Shown: positions 8,195 to 18,720, counted from the stretch's first letter. The stretch is 64,000 nt of DNA from Desulfobacterales bacterium (GCA_963674755.2 CAXXVS010000002.1:352001-416000), one strand, 5' to 3'. Program-made: numbers and translations. Notes: a model not told the origin generated them from the letters alone.

Positions 8195-9858
8195 CAGGGG
8201 GCTTCTTTGCCAATGGCGTCACCGTCATCGGACGGTGACGTTTGGGTTGCCATTTTCTGGGTACCCGCAGGTTGCGGAAGGGCGGCCAGGGGCGGTTCCC
8301 GTTCTTTCAATACATGGGGGGTGACGAAAATAAGCAGTTCATCCAACCCGTTGTTCTTGTTGTTGCCTTTGAAGAGGCGCCCCAAGCCGGGCACGTCCTT
8401 GAGATAGGGCACACCGTATTCGTCCTGGGAGGTCAACTCCTTGCTGAGGCCGCCGATGACCGTGGTCTGGCCGTTGAAAAGAATCACGCCGGTCTGGGCC
8501 CGTTTGGTGATGATGAGCGGGTTGTTGCCCACCGCATTGGTAAAATCCACATCGTCCTTGGTGACGAAGATGTCCATCTTGACGGTTTCGTTGTCGATGA
8601 CGTGGGGCGTGACCTCCAGCCGCAGCACGGCCTTTTTGTATTCAATTTTGACCTCGTCGTCTTCCACGCTTTGGTAGGGGACGTCCTGACCGCTTTCGAT
8701 AAAGGCTTCCTGATTGTCCAGGGTCGTGATGTTGGGGCTGGAGAGGATGTTGACCTGTCCTTCGTCTTCCAGAGCCTGCAATTGAATGCTGAGAATATTG
8801 CCGGAGCCGCTTTCGAGAACGAACCCGAGATCCAGTCCCAGCAGATTGCCGGCGACGTCCGTGGCGGTCAGGCCGGCCGGGAAATTGCCCATGGTCCCCG
8901 AGGTGGGATTAACCGATTCGCCGCTGCCCGGCGTCACGCCGCTGCCGGCCGGATTGGCGATGCTCCCGGCGGTGTTGTAGTAACGGTAGCCGTTGATGGA
9001 GGTTCCGTAGAGTCCGCCCCACTGAACGCCGAGTTTGCGGGCCGCGTCCTTGGTGGCTTCAACGATATGGGCTTCGATCAGTACCTGGGGCGTGGGCCGG
9101 TCCAGGGCCTCGACCAGAGGCAGCATGCGTTCCAGATCCGAGCGAACGGCCTGGATGATGAGGGAGTTGGTGTGGCGATCCACCAGCACGGATCCGAGCA
9201 GCGTATTCTCGTCCAGGCGCGTGAGAAATTTTTCCAGGTTTTCCCGCAATCCATCTGCGTCGGCGTATTCGATTTCCACGACCTGGGTCAGGAGGGGCTC
9301 TGCCAGGCGCAGCTCACGCTCCTTGGCTTTGATGCGCTGGCGGGTTTCCAGTTGTTCGAGCTCCCGGTTTTTGTCCTCGAAGGTGATGACCCGGATGATG
9401 TCGCCTTCCCAGAGATAGGTCAGCCCATGGGTGCGCAGGATTCCCAAAAAGGCCTGATCCCAGGGAACCGCTGTCAGGCTGACATCGATGCGTCCCCGTA
9501 CCTGATCGTTGATCATGATGTTCTGGTCCACGGACCGGGCCAGGGCGCGCAGGACCGCCGGCACCTCGGCGCCATGCATGGTGAGCGAGATGACTTGCTT
9601 GCTGAGGCGGGCGTCCTGGGCGGCGGCTTGGGTGGCCTCCCCGGGCGATTTTCCATTCGAAGGGGGTGCGGCGAGCGTGCGTTTGACCGGTGAAGGCGAA
9701 TGCCCCCTGGAATCGGCGGCCTTGGTTTTCCATTCCGCAAAAAACTTATCCCGCGGCGCCTTGATGTCCTTTTCAGCGCATCCCGCAGCTAACAGCAACA
9801 GGGCCAGAGTGCCTACGAATGCCATACGGAATGCATGGTTGGGTTTTTGGTGTTCCAT
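8194..9858 (-). CDS. pilQ: Type IV pilus secretin (PilQ-type, lipoprotein signal)
   Basis: LAAGC lipobox; 'VPWDQAFLGIL', 'PQVLIEAHIVE', 'ILSSPNITTLDNQEAFIESG', 'VPYLKDVPGLGRLF', 'ELLIFVTP'. Confidence 0.93.
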   Translation of the reverse strand: MEHQKPNHAFRMAFVGTLALLLLAAGCAEKDIKAPRDKFFAEWKTKAADSRGHSPSPVKRTLAAPPSNGKSPGEATQAAAQDARLSKQVISLTMHGAEVPAVLRALARSVDQNIMINDQVRGRIDVSLTAVPWDQAFLGILRTHGLTYLWEGDIIRVITFEDKNRELEQLETRQRIKAKERELRLAEPLLTQVVEIEYADADGLRENLEKFLTRLDENTLLGSVLVDRHTNSLIIQAVRSDLERMLPLVEALDRPTPQVLIEAHIVEATKDAARKLGVQWGGLYGTSINGYRYYNTAGSIANPAGSGVTPGSGESVNPTSGTMGNFPAGLTATDVAGNLLGLDLGFVLESGSGNILSIQLQALEDEGQVNILSSPNITTLDNQEAFIESGQDVPYQSVEDDEVKIEYKKAVLRLEVTPHVIDNETVKMDIFVTKDDVDFTNAVGNNPLIITKRAQTGVILFNGQTTVIGGLSKELTSQDEYGVPYLKDVPGLGRLFKGNNKNNGLDELLIFVTPHVLKEREPPLAALPQPAGTQKMATQTSPSDDGDAIGKEAP

Positions 9859-9878
9859 GACATGAACTCTCTTGTCGC

Positions 9879-10397
9879 TCAGGGGTTAGGGGCCGGATCT
9901 CCCCCGTTGTCCACCAGTGGAACGGACACCATCCGCTGTTGCGGCGAGACCAGTACAACCTGGGCGGGGGCAATGTGCTGGACCTTGTAAGTGCTCTGGT
10001 CCAACTGGTCGCCCACCACATATTCAATCCCGTTGATGATGGCGACTCGACGCTGGGGGGTCTCGATATAGCCCGAGTAGATCAGCGACACGTTGGCAGG
10101 GAGCACCTGCGCGGCGTCCGATGTTGCGGCCATTGCCGACAGCAGGCCGGGGCCTTCCACAAAAAGATTCTTCCGCCAGGGGGACTGCGCCATGGACAGC
10201 GTATAGCGATTTTCCTCCAGCGAAGATGGACTGTCGAACTGGGCGGTCACCCGGGTAATCATCTGCGTCAAGGGCTTGGGCTGGCCCAGGGCCGTCTTGG
10301 ATGTTTTTTTCTGTTGCCCATCTGAGATCAACAGCAGCCCGCCCAGGCACAAGGCGACGATCATAAGCCCGACGAGAATTTTTTCACGGGTCGACAT
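9879..10397 (-). CDS. PilP/MshK/GspB-like periplasmic assembly protein
   Basis: N-terminal TM; C-terminal 'YSGYIETPQRRVAIING..YVVGD' beta domain; located between pilO and pilQ. Confidence 0.65.
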   Translation of the reverse strand: MSTREKILVGLMIVALCLGGLLLISDGQQKKTSKTALGQPKPLTQMITRVTAQFDSPSSLEENRYTLSMAQSPWRKNLFVEGPGLLSAMAATSDAAQVLPANVSLIYSGYIETPQRRVAIINGIEYVVGDQLDQSTYKVQHIAPAQVVLVSPQQRMVSVPLVDNGGDPAPNP

Positions 10398-10451
10398 GCG
10401 ATCCTCCCGGGGGGCCGCCACCGGCCGTTGCCCGGCCGAGCAGGCCGGGCA

Positions 10452-11012
10452 TTATTGTCGTGACAGCCATAAATCCAGCTCCATGTGAAGACCCGGCAGA
10501 CTGGTTTCCCGGCGCACCTCGATGCGTTCGATATGCGCCAGGTAGGGCAACTCACCCAGTTTCAGCATGAATCCTCTCAAATTGCCGAAAGCGCCCTGCA
10601 ACTCCAAGGCGAGTTTGAGCTCGCCGGTTTCATTGATCATCGAGTTGAGGTCGGCGCCGATTTGTCGCACTGTGAGGTGGTTTTGTTCGGCCAGCTGGCG
10701 AAAAAGAGGTTCGATGCCGGCCATCTGATCGGGTTCCAGTCGTTCGGGGTGCGGCAGGGGCAGATCCCCCAGCTCGGACGGCTGCGTGTCCCCCAGTATT
10801 TCGGTGAAGCGTTTATAAATCGGTTCGAGGAGTTTCTGATCGTCGATCTGACGCTGAAGGCGATCGACCTGGAGGGTCAACTGGTCTGACGCCTGCTGCT
10901 GGGGCCAGATACTCAGCAGGTAAACACCCAGGAGGCCACCCATGCAGACGGCCGCGAAAAATAGACGGCGTTCGGGGAACAGGGCCAGGAAAGCGTCGCG
11001 TTGCAGCCTCAT
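10452..11012 (-). CDS. PilO/MshJ-like protein
   Basis: TM, coiled coil and 'LELQGAFGNLRGFMLKLGELPYLAHIERIEV' ferredoxin-like domain. Confidence 0.75.
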   Translation of the reverse strand: MRLQRDAFLALFPERRLFFAAVCMGGLLGVYLLSIWPQQQASDQLTLQVDRLQRQIDDQKLLEPIYKRFTEILGDTQPSELGDLPLPHPERLEPDQMAGIEPLFRQLAEQNHLTVRQIGADLNSMINETGELKLALELQGAFGNLRGFMLKLGELPYLAHIERIEVRRETSLPGLHMELDLWLSRQ

Positions 11013-12889
11013 CAGATCACCTCCAATTCGGCCGTGAAACGCAATACTTCCTGGCCGTCCAGCATTTCGAAGGACTTGTCGATGATCCGGGGGTCGGAAA
11101 AGAGCGGTGACGTTTTCATCCGGACCATATAGGCCGCCAGAGCCGGTTCGAGTTCGAGTCGTTCGCCCTGAATAACGCCCCCGATCAACAGCATCCGCCG
11201 GGAGGCCTGATCATCGCCCTCCCCCTGGCGGGGCAGCCGGATGGTCATCCGGGACATGACGACTTCCTCCGGTGTCAGCCGCGACACTTCAGCGATAACC
11301 GCAATTCCGCGGTATTTCTCCGTATAGTCGTTGAGGCGCGAGTTGGCCTCCTTGGCCTTGGCGGCCAGGACTAGCACGGTTTCGGGTTTGAGCAGGGGAA
11401 CGAAGGCCTCCAATTCCTTTTGGAGGCGGCTAATTTGCTGTTGCCGGGACAGGAGGTTGTGTTTCTGCCAGCCGTTGTATCCCAAGGCAGCAAGCATGAT
11501 CAGCAGAAAGAGGCCGAAGACAACGCTGTTAAAGACTTGGTGTTTTTCGCGCTGGGCGCGGTCATGGTGGGTTTGCAGAAAATTGGGCCAGCGGTTGTCA
11601 ACGGGTGACGCCAGACCGACAGCAGGGATGTAGGCGAGCTGTTCCGGTCGTGTTTCAGGGCGCGGGGTCAGTGACGCGTCCTCAAACGGGTTCAGATCGA
11701 CGAGAGGGATGCCAAGCTGGTCGGCGAGATAATCGCGAACCCGGTCGTTTTCACAGATTTGTCCGGAGAGACAGAGCCGATCGATTTCACGGGGTTCGAA
11801 ATGAATGGCGTAGTGGCTGATGGTGCGCTCCACCTGTCGAACCAGCCGATCCAGAGCCGGACGGATCATGGCAAAGACATCGTCCGGTGTGATCGCGTCC
11901 TCGGGGAGATCGTCGGCAAGGTTGTCATCAGCGCCGGCCAGACCGGGAGCCAGTCGCGCCAAAAGATCCGCCGGCATCGGCCGCCGGGCATTGCGCTCCC
12001 GTTCCGCGCCCATCGGCGTTGGCCGAAAATCCATTTCAGGCACGCTTTGCGTCCGATGAGTCGCGGCGATGCGCGGGTCGGCGTTGATTTCATCCCGCAT
12101 GCCGTTCATTCCAGCGCGAATGCCGCGTGATAACAAGAGATTACCGTCGCTGAAAAAATCGATCCGCGACCAGTTGCGGCCGATATAGAGGGCACACAGG
12201 TTGCCCTGGCCAAGAATCTTCCAGCGGGTCCGCAGCAGATTCTGCAGCAGGAACGGGTAGGTGCTCACGCCGTCCAGCGGGTAGCCGGCGCGTGCAAAAG
12301 CCGTTTTGATGGTATCAATGTCTTCCCGTGGAATCGTGTAGGCGAGGACGTCCATTTGGGGAGGATCGAGGTCCGGTTTTTCTCCCAGCACTTCAAAATC
12401 GAATAGGCGCTGTTTGTCGTTGTAAGCGTTTTTCTTTTTGTAGGCCCATGTCACGGCATTGGGTATCTGACGCCGGGGGACCTTGGGAATGCGCAGCAGG
12501 CGTAGATCGAGACGCGCGGAGGAAGTCGTTGCCCAGATACTGGCATTTTCCGGGGATCCTGCAAAATAAGTCAAATGACTGCGCAAAAATTGTGGGAAAA
12601 GCAGACTGTTGGGATCCATATCCGATTCGAACGGGATGTGGCGGTAAGCGACGATCTGATGTCGATTGGGGCCGGACGGGACGGTTTTGATCAATCGCAG
12701 ATCATGGTAGCCGATATCGACCCCGATCATGGCGGACTTGCTGAAACTGAGGACGGAACGGAGACGTTGCCACCCGTTGGGGGAAGGTCCGAGGGGCTTC
12801 GCGGGCGGGAGCGATGCGGTTGAAGAGGGACGCTCTCCGCGAATTTGTGCCAGAAGTCTCTCGGTGGAAGAGATTTCGTCCTTGTTCAC
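11012..12889 (-). CDS. PilM-PilN fusion protein (MshI-like); probable GTG start at 12889
   Basis: Actin-like 'IGVDIGYHDLRLI', 'LCLSGQ', 'YIPAVGLA', then PilN-like 'NFL', TM, coiled coil and 'VSRLTPEEV...SPLF'; GGAGA upstream of the GTG. Confidence 0.8.
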   Translation of the reverse strand: MNKDEISSTERLLAQIRGERPSSTASLPPAKPLGPSPNGWQRLRSVLSFSKSAMIGVDIGYHDLRLIKTVPSGPNRHQIVAYRHIPFESDMDPNSLLFPQFLRSHLTYFAGSPENASIWATTSSARLDLRLLRIPKVPRRQIPNAVTWAYKKKNAYNDKQRLFDFEVLGEKPDLDPPQMDVLAYTIPREDIDTIKTAFARAGYPLDGVSTYPFLLQNLLRTRWKILGQGNLCALYIGRNWSRIDFFSDGNLLLSRGIRAGMNGMRDEINADPRIAATHRTQSVPEMDFRPTPMGAERERNARRPMPADLLARLAPGLAGADDNLADDLPEDAITPDDVFAMIRPALDRLVRQVERTISHYAIHFEPREIDRLCLSGQICENDRVRDYLADQLGIPLVDLNPFEDASLTPRPETRPEQLAYIPAVGLASPVDNRWPNFLQTHHDRAQREKHQVFNSVVFGLFLLIMLAALGYNGWQKHNLLSRQQQISRLQKELEAFVPLLKPETVLVLAAKAKEANSRLNDYTEKYRGIAVIAEVSRLTPEEVVMSRMTIRLPRQGEGDDQASRRMLLIGGVIQGERLELEPALAAYMVRMKTSPLFSDPRIIDKSFEMLDGQEVLRFTAELEVI

Positions 12890-12957
12890 AGAGGGACATC
12901 TCCATTTCATGTAGATCGGGAAAAAGCCATTTCAGCCTGTGAGGGCTCAATGCTCCG

Positions 12958-12985
12958 ATTATATGCTACAGCTCTGTATAGTAAA
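12958..12985 (-). promoter_or_regulatory. Candidate sigma70 promoter of the pilus assembly operon
   Basis: Minus strand TTTACT-16 nt-TATAAT, with a near-palindrome TACAGAGCTGTA in the spacer. Confidence 0.45.
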
Positions 12986-12998
12986 GGAAAAAAAGCAG

Positions 12999-14051
12999 TT
13001 ACGGATGCATCAAATTTTGTTCAACTGTTTGGGGCGGGTGGTGGGCGATGCGTTCATAGGCCTGTTCGGCTTCCGCTTGTACGGCAGCGGCCGCCTCCTC
13101 GTAGCGGGGTGAAAAATGAAAAACGGTGAAGCGTTTCGCACCGGCGCGGGCGGCGATTTGGCCGGCCTGTTGCGCGGTCAAGTGGTATTTGGCGGTAGCC
13201 AGGTGCGCATCGCGGGCCAGGAAGGCGCTTTCGATGAACAGATGATCGGCCTGACGGGTCAGGGCGACAATGGCCTGCTGGTTTTTCGCGTGACCGGCCA
13301 CATCCGTGATGTAGCCGATTCTCTGTCCTGGGGACAGGCGTGTGATCGCCTGCGCCAGTTCGGCCAGCCGAAAATAGCGTTCTTGACCGTGGGGTTCTGC
13401 GGAAGGGGCGGCGATCGGCATATCAGGAGCCTGTTTTTGGTGAAGCGCTTGTTTGAAGGTCTTCAACCAGGCCCCGGTGGCAAGGCCAAGCCGGTCCAGG
13501 GCCACTTTATCGATGTTGATGCGGACGGGTTCCACCAAGCAGAAGCCGAGACAGGGGATGTCGTGGTCCAGAATGCGGGCTTCGACCCGCAGGCCGGACT
13601 CTTCCAACAGAAGACCTTCGAAAGGGGCGCGGCTGTCCCGACCATCTTGCGGCCGAAACCCGTCACGGCAGGCGAAGGACCGCGTTCGTATACCGCCGGG
13701 CGTTATTTCGGAAGCAACCAGCTCGAAGGGATAACGATAGCGATGGGCCAGATTCCAGTTATAGGCGCGCAGTTTGCCTCCCAGGTTGTCGAGGAAGCCC
13801 TCGGGACCATATAGATGCAACGTTTTCTCCCGCCCCAGGTTCAGGCGCAGCAGAAAATCAAAGCCGCAGAAGTGGTCCATATGGGTGTGGCTGATGAAAC
13901 AATGGGAAATTTTGAGGATATCGCGGGGGGGCAAGCGGCTCAGGTCGCCAAGGTCGAAAAGCAGAGCCCGCTTTTCGTAGGCAAAGGCGATATAGAGCGC
14001 CGGATCTTCAAAAGGTCCGTTTACCAGACGGGGGTGGAAACGGGGAGCCAT
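12999..14051 (-). CDS. Ribonuclease Z-like metallo-beta-lactamase
   Basis: SHTHMDH motif, 'LDHDIPCLGF', 'LFIESAF', 'HLTAQQAG', 'HFSPRY'. Confidence 0.85.
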   Translation of the reverse strand: MAPRFHPRLVNGPFEDPALYIAFAYEKRALLFDLGDLSRLPPRDILKISHCFISHTHMDHFCGFDFLLRLNLGREKTLHLYGPEGFLDNLGGKLRAYNWNLAHRYRYPFELVASEITPGGIRTRSFACRDGFRPQDGRDSRAPFEGLLLEESGLRVEARILDHDIPCLGFCLVEPVRINIDKVALDRLGLATGAWLKTFKQALHQKQAPDMPIAAPSAEPHGQERYFRLAELAQAITRLSPGQRIGYITDVAGHAKNQQAIVALTRQADHLFIESAFLARDAHLATAKYHLTAQQAGQIAARAGAKRFTVFHFSPRYEEAAAAVQAEAEQAYERIAHHPPQTVEQNLMHP

Positions 14052-14055
14052 GCAA

Positions 14056-14475
14056 TCAGGTCAGGTGTTTTTGCACCTGCCGGTGGATGCACTGGTAGAT
14101 CTCTTCGTCGGAACCGAAGATATCCACCGTATCCTTATGATCGATGACTTTTTCCAGGACAAAGGCCGTTAAATAGAGGCTCACGATATGGGGTTGGGAT
14201 ACGAGATTGCGGTAAGGTGCCACAAGGTAGTCGACATCGAAATCGTCGGCGCGGCTGAGACGGTCCAGACAGCCGTGGATCTGATCTTCCAGGCCGTTTT
14301 TATTCGTGGTTTCCACCAGCTTGTTCTCAACGAGTTTCATGGCGACGGCGTTGGCCAAGGGGTCGATGCAGTCCTGGATCGCGCTGAGGGAACGGCGTCG
14401 GGCGTACTCTTTGGAGGATTCAATTTTCGACAGGATGCTGGATTCTCGCGTACTGGGTCGGAAGACTTTAGCCAT
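14056..14475 (-). CDS. Hypothetical protein
   Basis: 139 aa, AAGGA RBS, typical codon usage, tightly coupled to the RNase Z-like gene. Confidence 0.75.
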   Translation of the reverse strand: MAKVFRPSTRESSILSKIESSKEYARRRSLSAIQDCIDPLANAVAMKLVENKLVETTNKNGLEDQIHGCLDRLSRADDFDVDYLVAPYRNLVSQPHIVSLYLTAFVLEKVIDHKDTVDIFGSDEEIYQCIHRQVQKHLT

Positions 14476-14612
14476 GGTTTTTCCTTTATGCTGATCCCCG
14501 TCGACGGGCCGACGGTCAAATTAGGCGAATAATAGAGACAGCTTTCTGAATTTGCAAGAAAAAAAGTCTGGCCGGATCGGTCCTCGGGACGCTTTGGCAG
14601 GCCTTCCGGGAA

Positions 14613-16337
14613 TCAGGACGGCCCGGGATCGGTGGCGACAATCACCAGCTGCGGGCGCTGTGTTCCGTTCCATCGGTTCCACCGCAAGTGAAAAGCCAGG
14701 CGTTTGAAGCTTGGAGGGGGGGCTTGGTGCGGGTCGATTCTAAATTGGATCGCCTGCAGACCGGTTGGCTCGGTCCGTCGGCAGGATCGCAATACCATCT
14801 GGCGGTGGTGTTCCCCCACGATCCGGTGGCTTTCGACGATGCTGTCACGGACCATGAACAGGGGCTCCGGCATGGCCTGGCCGAAAGGCTGCAGGGACGC
14901 CAGCTGGTCCAGCAGCCGCGGCGTGATCGCCTGCAGTTCGATTTCCGCATCCACGATGATGCGGGGACGATAATCGTCCGGCACGGTTTGATCCGCCAGG
15001 TAGCGCCGCAGTTGCGTTTCGAACCCCTGGAGCGCTTCCCATGGCAGCGCCAGGCCGGCCGCCATGGCGTGTCCTCCGAAATGATCCAGAGACGCTTTGC
15101 AAGAAGCCAGCATGCGGTAGAGATCGATCCCGGGGACACTGCGCGCCGAGCCGCGTGCCAACGCACCGTTGTGGGATAGAAGAATGACAGGGCGGCTGTA
15201 GCGGCGCACCAAGCGGGCGGCCACGATGCCCAAAACACCCTCGTGCCAATTGCGTTCCGCCAGCACAAGGACCTGCCGGTCAAGGATTCTCGGATCGGCT
15301 TCGATCCGTCGACGAACCTGGTCGATGATGTCGTTTTCGATGGATTGTCGGCGGGTATTCAGCCGATCCAGGACCCGGGCTAGTCGGTCGCCGCGTCGGG
15401 GATCGGCGGTGGTGAGGAGGCGCAGGGCCAGATTGGCGTGGGCTACCCGGCCGGCGGCGTTGAGGCGCGGTGCCAGGCGGAAGGCGATGTCATCGGATTC
15501 CACTCGTCGTGGATCCACCCGGCTGATTTCCATCAAGGCTTTCAGGCCGGGTCGTGCGGCCAAGCCTGGCAACCCGGCGTGGATGAAGGCGCGGTTTTCA
15601 TCCACCAGCGGCACCATGTCGGCAATCGTTCCCAGGGCCACCAGATTGCACAGTGTCTTCAAATTCGGTTCCGGCCGCGTCTGCCAGAATCCGTTGCGCC
15701 GCAGCTGGCGGCGCAATTCGATCAGGAGGTAGAAGGCCATGCCGACCCCGGCCAGGTGATCAAGACCGGCACCGCAGTCGTCGCGCTTGGGATTCACCAC
15801 GGCGACCGCGCGGGGCAGGTTGTCAGAGGGCTGATGGTGATCGGTGATAATGACGTCGATCCCTTCGGCCGATGCCAGCTCAACGGCGCTATGGCTGGCA
15901 ATGCCGCAGTCCACTGTAATGACGAGGCCATATCCTCCGGGGATGATCCGTTTGCGCACATGGGACTTGCGCAGACCATAGCCCTCCCGGCGGCGATGGG
16001 GGATGTAGTGGGATACCCGGGCCCCCACGCCCTTCAGAAAATCCAGCAGCAGCGCTGTGGCCGTGATGCCGTCCACATCATAGTCACCGAAAATCAGGAT
16101 TTTTTCGCGGTTGGCGAGGGCTTTGACCAGGCGCGCGGCGGCCGTTTCAATATCGGTGATCGCTCCGGGAGGACGGATCCCGGCTAAGGACGGCTTCAGG
16201 AAGGCGCGGGCCGCTTCATGGCTGGTGATTTGCCGATTGGCCAGGACGGCGGCCACCAGCGGTTCGATGGCCAGCGTGGTTGCCAGAAGATGAACCGCAT
16301 CGGCGTCCGGTTCCAGGATGTCCCAGATCATGGTCAT
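14613..16337 (-). CDS. recJ: Single-stranded-DNA-specific exonuclease RecJ
   Basis: GDYDVDG, ITVDCG, TDHH, LGTIADMVPL, PRLNAAGR, GSARS, GGHAMAAG. Confidence 0.96.
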   Translation of the reverse strand: MTMIWDILEPDADAVHLLATTLAIEPLVAAVLANRQITSHEAARAFLKPSLAGIRPPGAITDIETAAARLVKALANREKILIFGDYDVDGITATALLLDFLKGVGARVSHYIPHRRREGYGLRKSHVRKRIIPGGYGLVITVDCGIASHSAVELASAEGIDVIITDHHQPSDNLPRAVAVVNPKRDDCGAGLDHLAGVGMAFYLLIELRRQLRRNGFWQTRPEPNLKTLCNLVALGTIADMVPLVDENRAFIHAGLPGLAARPGLKALMEISRVDPRRVESDDIAFRLAPRLNAAGRVAHANLALRLLTTADPRRGDRLARVLDRLNTRRQSIENDIIDQVRRRIEADPRILDRQVLVLAERNWHEGVLGIVAARLVRRYSRPVILLSHNGALARGSARSVPGIDLYRMLASCKASLDHFGGHAMAAGLALPWEALQGFETQLRRYLADQTVPDDYRPRIIVDAEIELQAITPRLLDQLASLQPFGQAMPEPLFMVRDSIVESHRIVGEHHRQMVLRSCRRTEPTGLQAIQFRIDPHQAPPPSFKRLAFHLRWNRWNGTQRPQLVIVATDPGPS

Positions 16338-16575
16338 GGCAGCGCCCTATAGCGCATTTCACGGAACCGGGCAATCTTTTCTCCTGCCGCAACCACACGG
16401 CAGGACAGAGACCGTTCATCAAAGCGGATGATGGGGTTGGGGGTTGCAAAACAGGGCTGTATGGTTATATTTAACGACCTATAAACGCTAAGGAATTTCA
16501 ATGCCGCCCGATTCGAGACGAGAAGCGACGCCCCCCGAAACACATGATCCTACCCAGCCGCCGGAAGCCTTGTGC

Positions 16576-16818
16576 ATGACCCCGATCTACTACAAGATCG
16601 ATCGGCGCCACATCAGCCTGCTGCGGTTTATCCTGGAGGCATATGAAGGCGTGGCAACGCTTACGACCATAGATGCGCGGGTCGGCATCGTCAAAGTACT
16701 GATGGCGCCGGGCCGCGAATCCCTTGTGGCGGATTTGATGGCGGCGCTTTGCGAGAGCCGCGAAATTCTGATGGAACCGCTGCCGGCAGCACCCTCCGAT
16801 TCCCCAGGTGATCCATGA
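16576..16818 (+). CDS. DUF4911-like small protein
   Basis: 'IDRRHISLLRFILEAYEGVATLTTID'; ATGA overlap with miaB. Confidence 0.75.
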   Translation: MTPIYYKIDRRHISLLRFILEAYEGVATLTTIDARVGIVKVLMAPGRESLVADLMAALCESREILMEPLPAAPSDSPGDP

Positions 16819-18233
16819 GACCGCAAAAGCTTTTCATTCAGACCATTGGCTGTCAGATGAACGTCTACGATTCGGAACGCATCATCCGTGTGCTGGCGTC
16901 CTGCGGCTATCGCCCGACCGAGGTGCTTGAGGAGGCGGACCTGGTGATCACCAACACCTGCGCCATCCGCGCCAAGGCCGAGCAGAAAGCCTTCAGCTTT
17001 ATCGGTCGGCTGGCACGAATGAAGCGCCGGAACCCGAGCCTGCTGATCGGGGTCGGGGGCTGCGTCGCCCAGCAGGAGGGCGAGGCCATCCTGACGCGCA
17101 TGCCCCATGTGGATCTGGTTTTCGGTACGCATGCCATTGCGCGGCTCCCTGAGCTCATTGCCCAAATCAGGAACCGTCAGGGCCGGGTGGTGGATGTGCA
17201 GTGCGCGGACAGCATTGCGGAAATGGCGTTCATGGATGGGGATACTGGCCTCGCGGGACCGGTTTCGCGGTTTGTCACCATTATGCAGGGCTGCGACAAT
17301 TATTGCACTTATTGTGTTGTCCCCTATGTGCGCGGACCGGAGATGAGCCGCCCGCCCGACCGTATTGTCGCGGAGATTGAGGCGCTGGTCTTGGAAGGGG
17401 TGCGGGAAGTGACCCTGCTCGGCCAGAATGTCAACAGCTATGGTTGCAAGGAGGGACTGCCCTCCTTTGCCGACCTTCTGGAACGCATCAACCGCATTGC
17501 GGGGCTGTCGCGCATCCGGTTCACCACATCCCACCCCAAAGACCTCTCCGACGACCTCATGGCGGCCTTCGGGAAGCTCGACAAGCTTTGCCCCCATATC
17601 CATCTGCCGGTCCAGTCCGGGTCGGATCGAATCCTCAAGCGGATGAACCGCAACTATACGCGCCGGCTCTACCTGGAGCGCATCGCACGCCTGCGCCGCG
17701 TTCGGCCGGATATGGCTGTCACCTCGGATTTTATCGTCGGTTTTCCCGGTGAGTCCCGCCGGGACTTTGAGCAGACCCTGACATTGGTGGAAGACGTCGG
17801 TTTCGACAGCATTTTTGCGTTCATGTATTCGGATCGCGATATCGCACCCGCTTCACACTTTAAAGACAAAGTGCGCGGGGAAGAGAAGAAAGACCGGCTC
17901 CAAGAACTCCTCGCAGCCCAGGAGGCCATCACCCTGGCGAAAAACCAGGCCCTGGTGGGAAGCGTCCAGCCGATTCTGGTGGAGGGCCGAAGCAACCGCC
18001 CCGGTCTGGCGGATGCGCGTGATGAAGGACCCCAGTGGACCGGGCGCACCCCGGGAAACAAGATCGTCAATTTCAGCTGGCTCCCGGATGCCGCGGACGG
18101 GGTTGACGTGCCGGTCGGGGGCTTAGTCGATGTTGAAATAAAGAAGGCCTTCTCGCATTCGTTATACGGCTGCCTGATGTGCGGAAACGCCTCAAACGGC
18201 TGCCGGGAAGGAAAGAAATGCCATGCTGCATAA
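16815..18233 (+). CDS. miaB: tRNA-2-methylthio-N6-dimethylallyladenosine synthase MiaB
   Basis: TIGCQMNVYDSE, NTCAIR, GCVAQ, radical SAM CDNYCTYC, C-terminal TRAM domain. Confidence 0.96.
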   Translation: MRPQKLFIQTIGCQMNVYDSERIIRVLASCGYRPTEVLEEADLVITNTCAIRAKAEQKAFSFIGRLARMKRRNPSLLIGVGGCVAQQEGEAILTRMPHVDLVFGTHAIARLPELIAQIRNRQGRVVDVQCADSIAEMAFMDGDTGLAGPVSRFVTIMQGCDNYCTYCVVPYVRGPEMSRPPDRIVAEIEALVLEGVREVTLLGQNVNSYGCKEGLPSFADLLERINRIAGLSRIRFTTSHPKDLSDDLMAAFGKLDKLCPHIHLPVQSGSDRILKRMNRNYTRRLYLERIARLRRVRPDMAVTSDFIVGFPGESRRDFEQTLTLVEDVGFDSIFAFMYSDRDIAPASHFKDKVRGEEKKDRLQELLAAQEAITLAKNQALVGSVQPILVEGRSNRPGLADARDEGPQWTGRTPGNKIVNFSWLPDAADGVDVPVGGLVDVEIKKAFSHSLYGCLMCGNASNGCREGKKCHAA

Positions 18234-18720
18234 AGCGGTCATCGCCGGACTGACCATGGACCCGGCCAGCAACACCCCCATCGTTATCCTCAAAACCGAA
18301 GAGGGCGATCAGGCGGTACCGATTTGGATCGGTCTGCTGGAGGCCACCTCGATTGCATCGGCTTTGCAGAAGGTCAAGTTCGATCGACCCATGACCCATG
18401 ACCTGTTTAAGAATTTTGCGCAGATGCAAGGGGTTACTGTCAGCAGTATCGAAGTCTGCGACCTCAAGGACAACACCTATTACGCGCGGATCAATTTCCT
18501 GTCCCGGGACGAACGTTTCAGTATGGATGCCCGTCCCAGCGATGCCCTCGGTATCGCCCTGCGGTTTGAAGCGCCCATTTTCATCAGTCAGGAGGTCATT
18601 GACAAGGCCCGTCCCGTGGAAGCGGATGGCGAAGCCCTGGATGACAGTGAAGAGGGGCGCAAATGGAAAGAGTACCTCGAAAAACTCTCGCCCGAGGATT
18701 TCGGTAAATACAAAGTATAG
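18223..18720 (+). CDS. Bifunctional nuclease family protein (DUF151)
   Basis: 'PIWIGLLEATSI', 'RPMTHDL', 'DARPSDAL'. Confidence 0.92.
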   Translation: MLHKAVIAGLTMDPASNTPIVILKTEEGDQAVPIWIGLLEATSIASALQKVKFDRPMTHDLFKNFAQMQGVTVSSIEVCDLKDNTYYARINFLSRDERFSMDARPSDALGIALRFEAPIFISQEVIDKARPVEADGEALDDSEEGRKWKEYLEKLSPEDFGKYKV

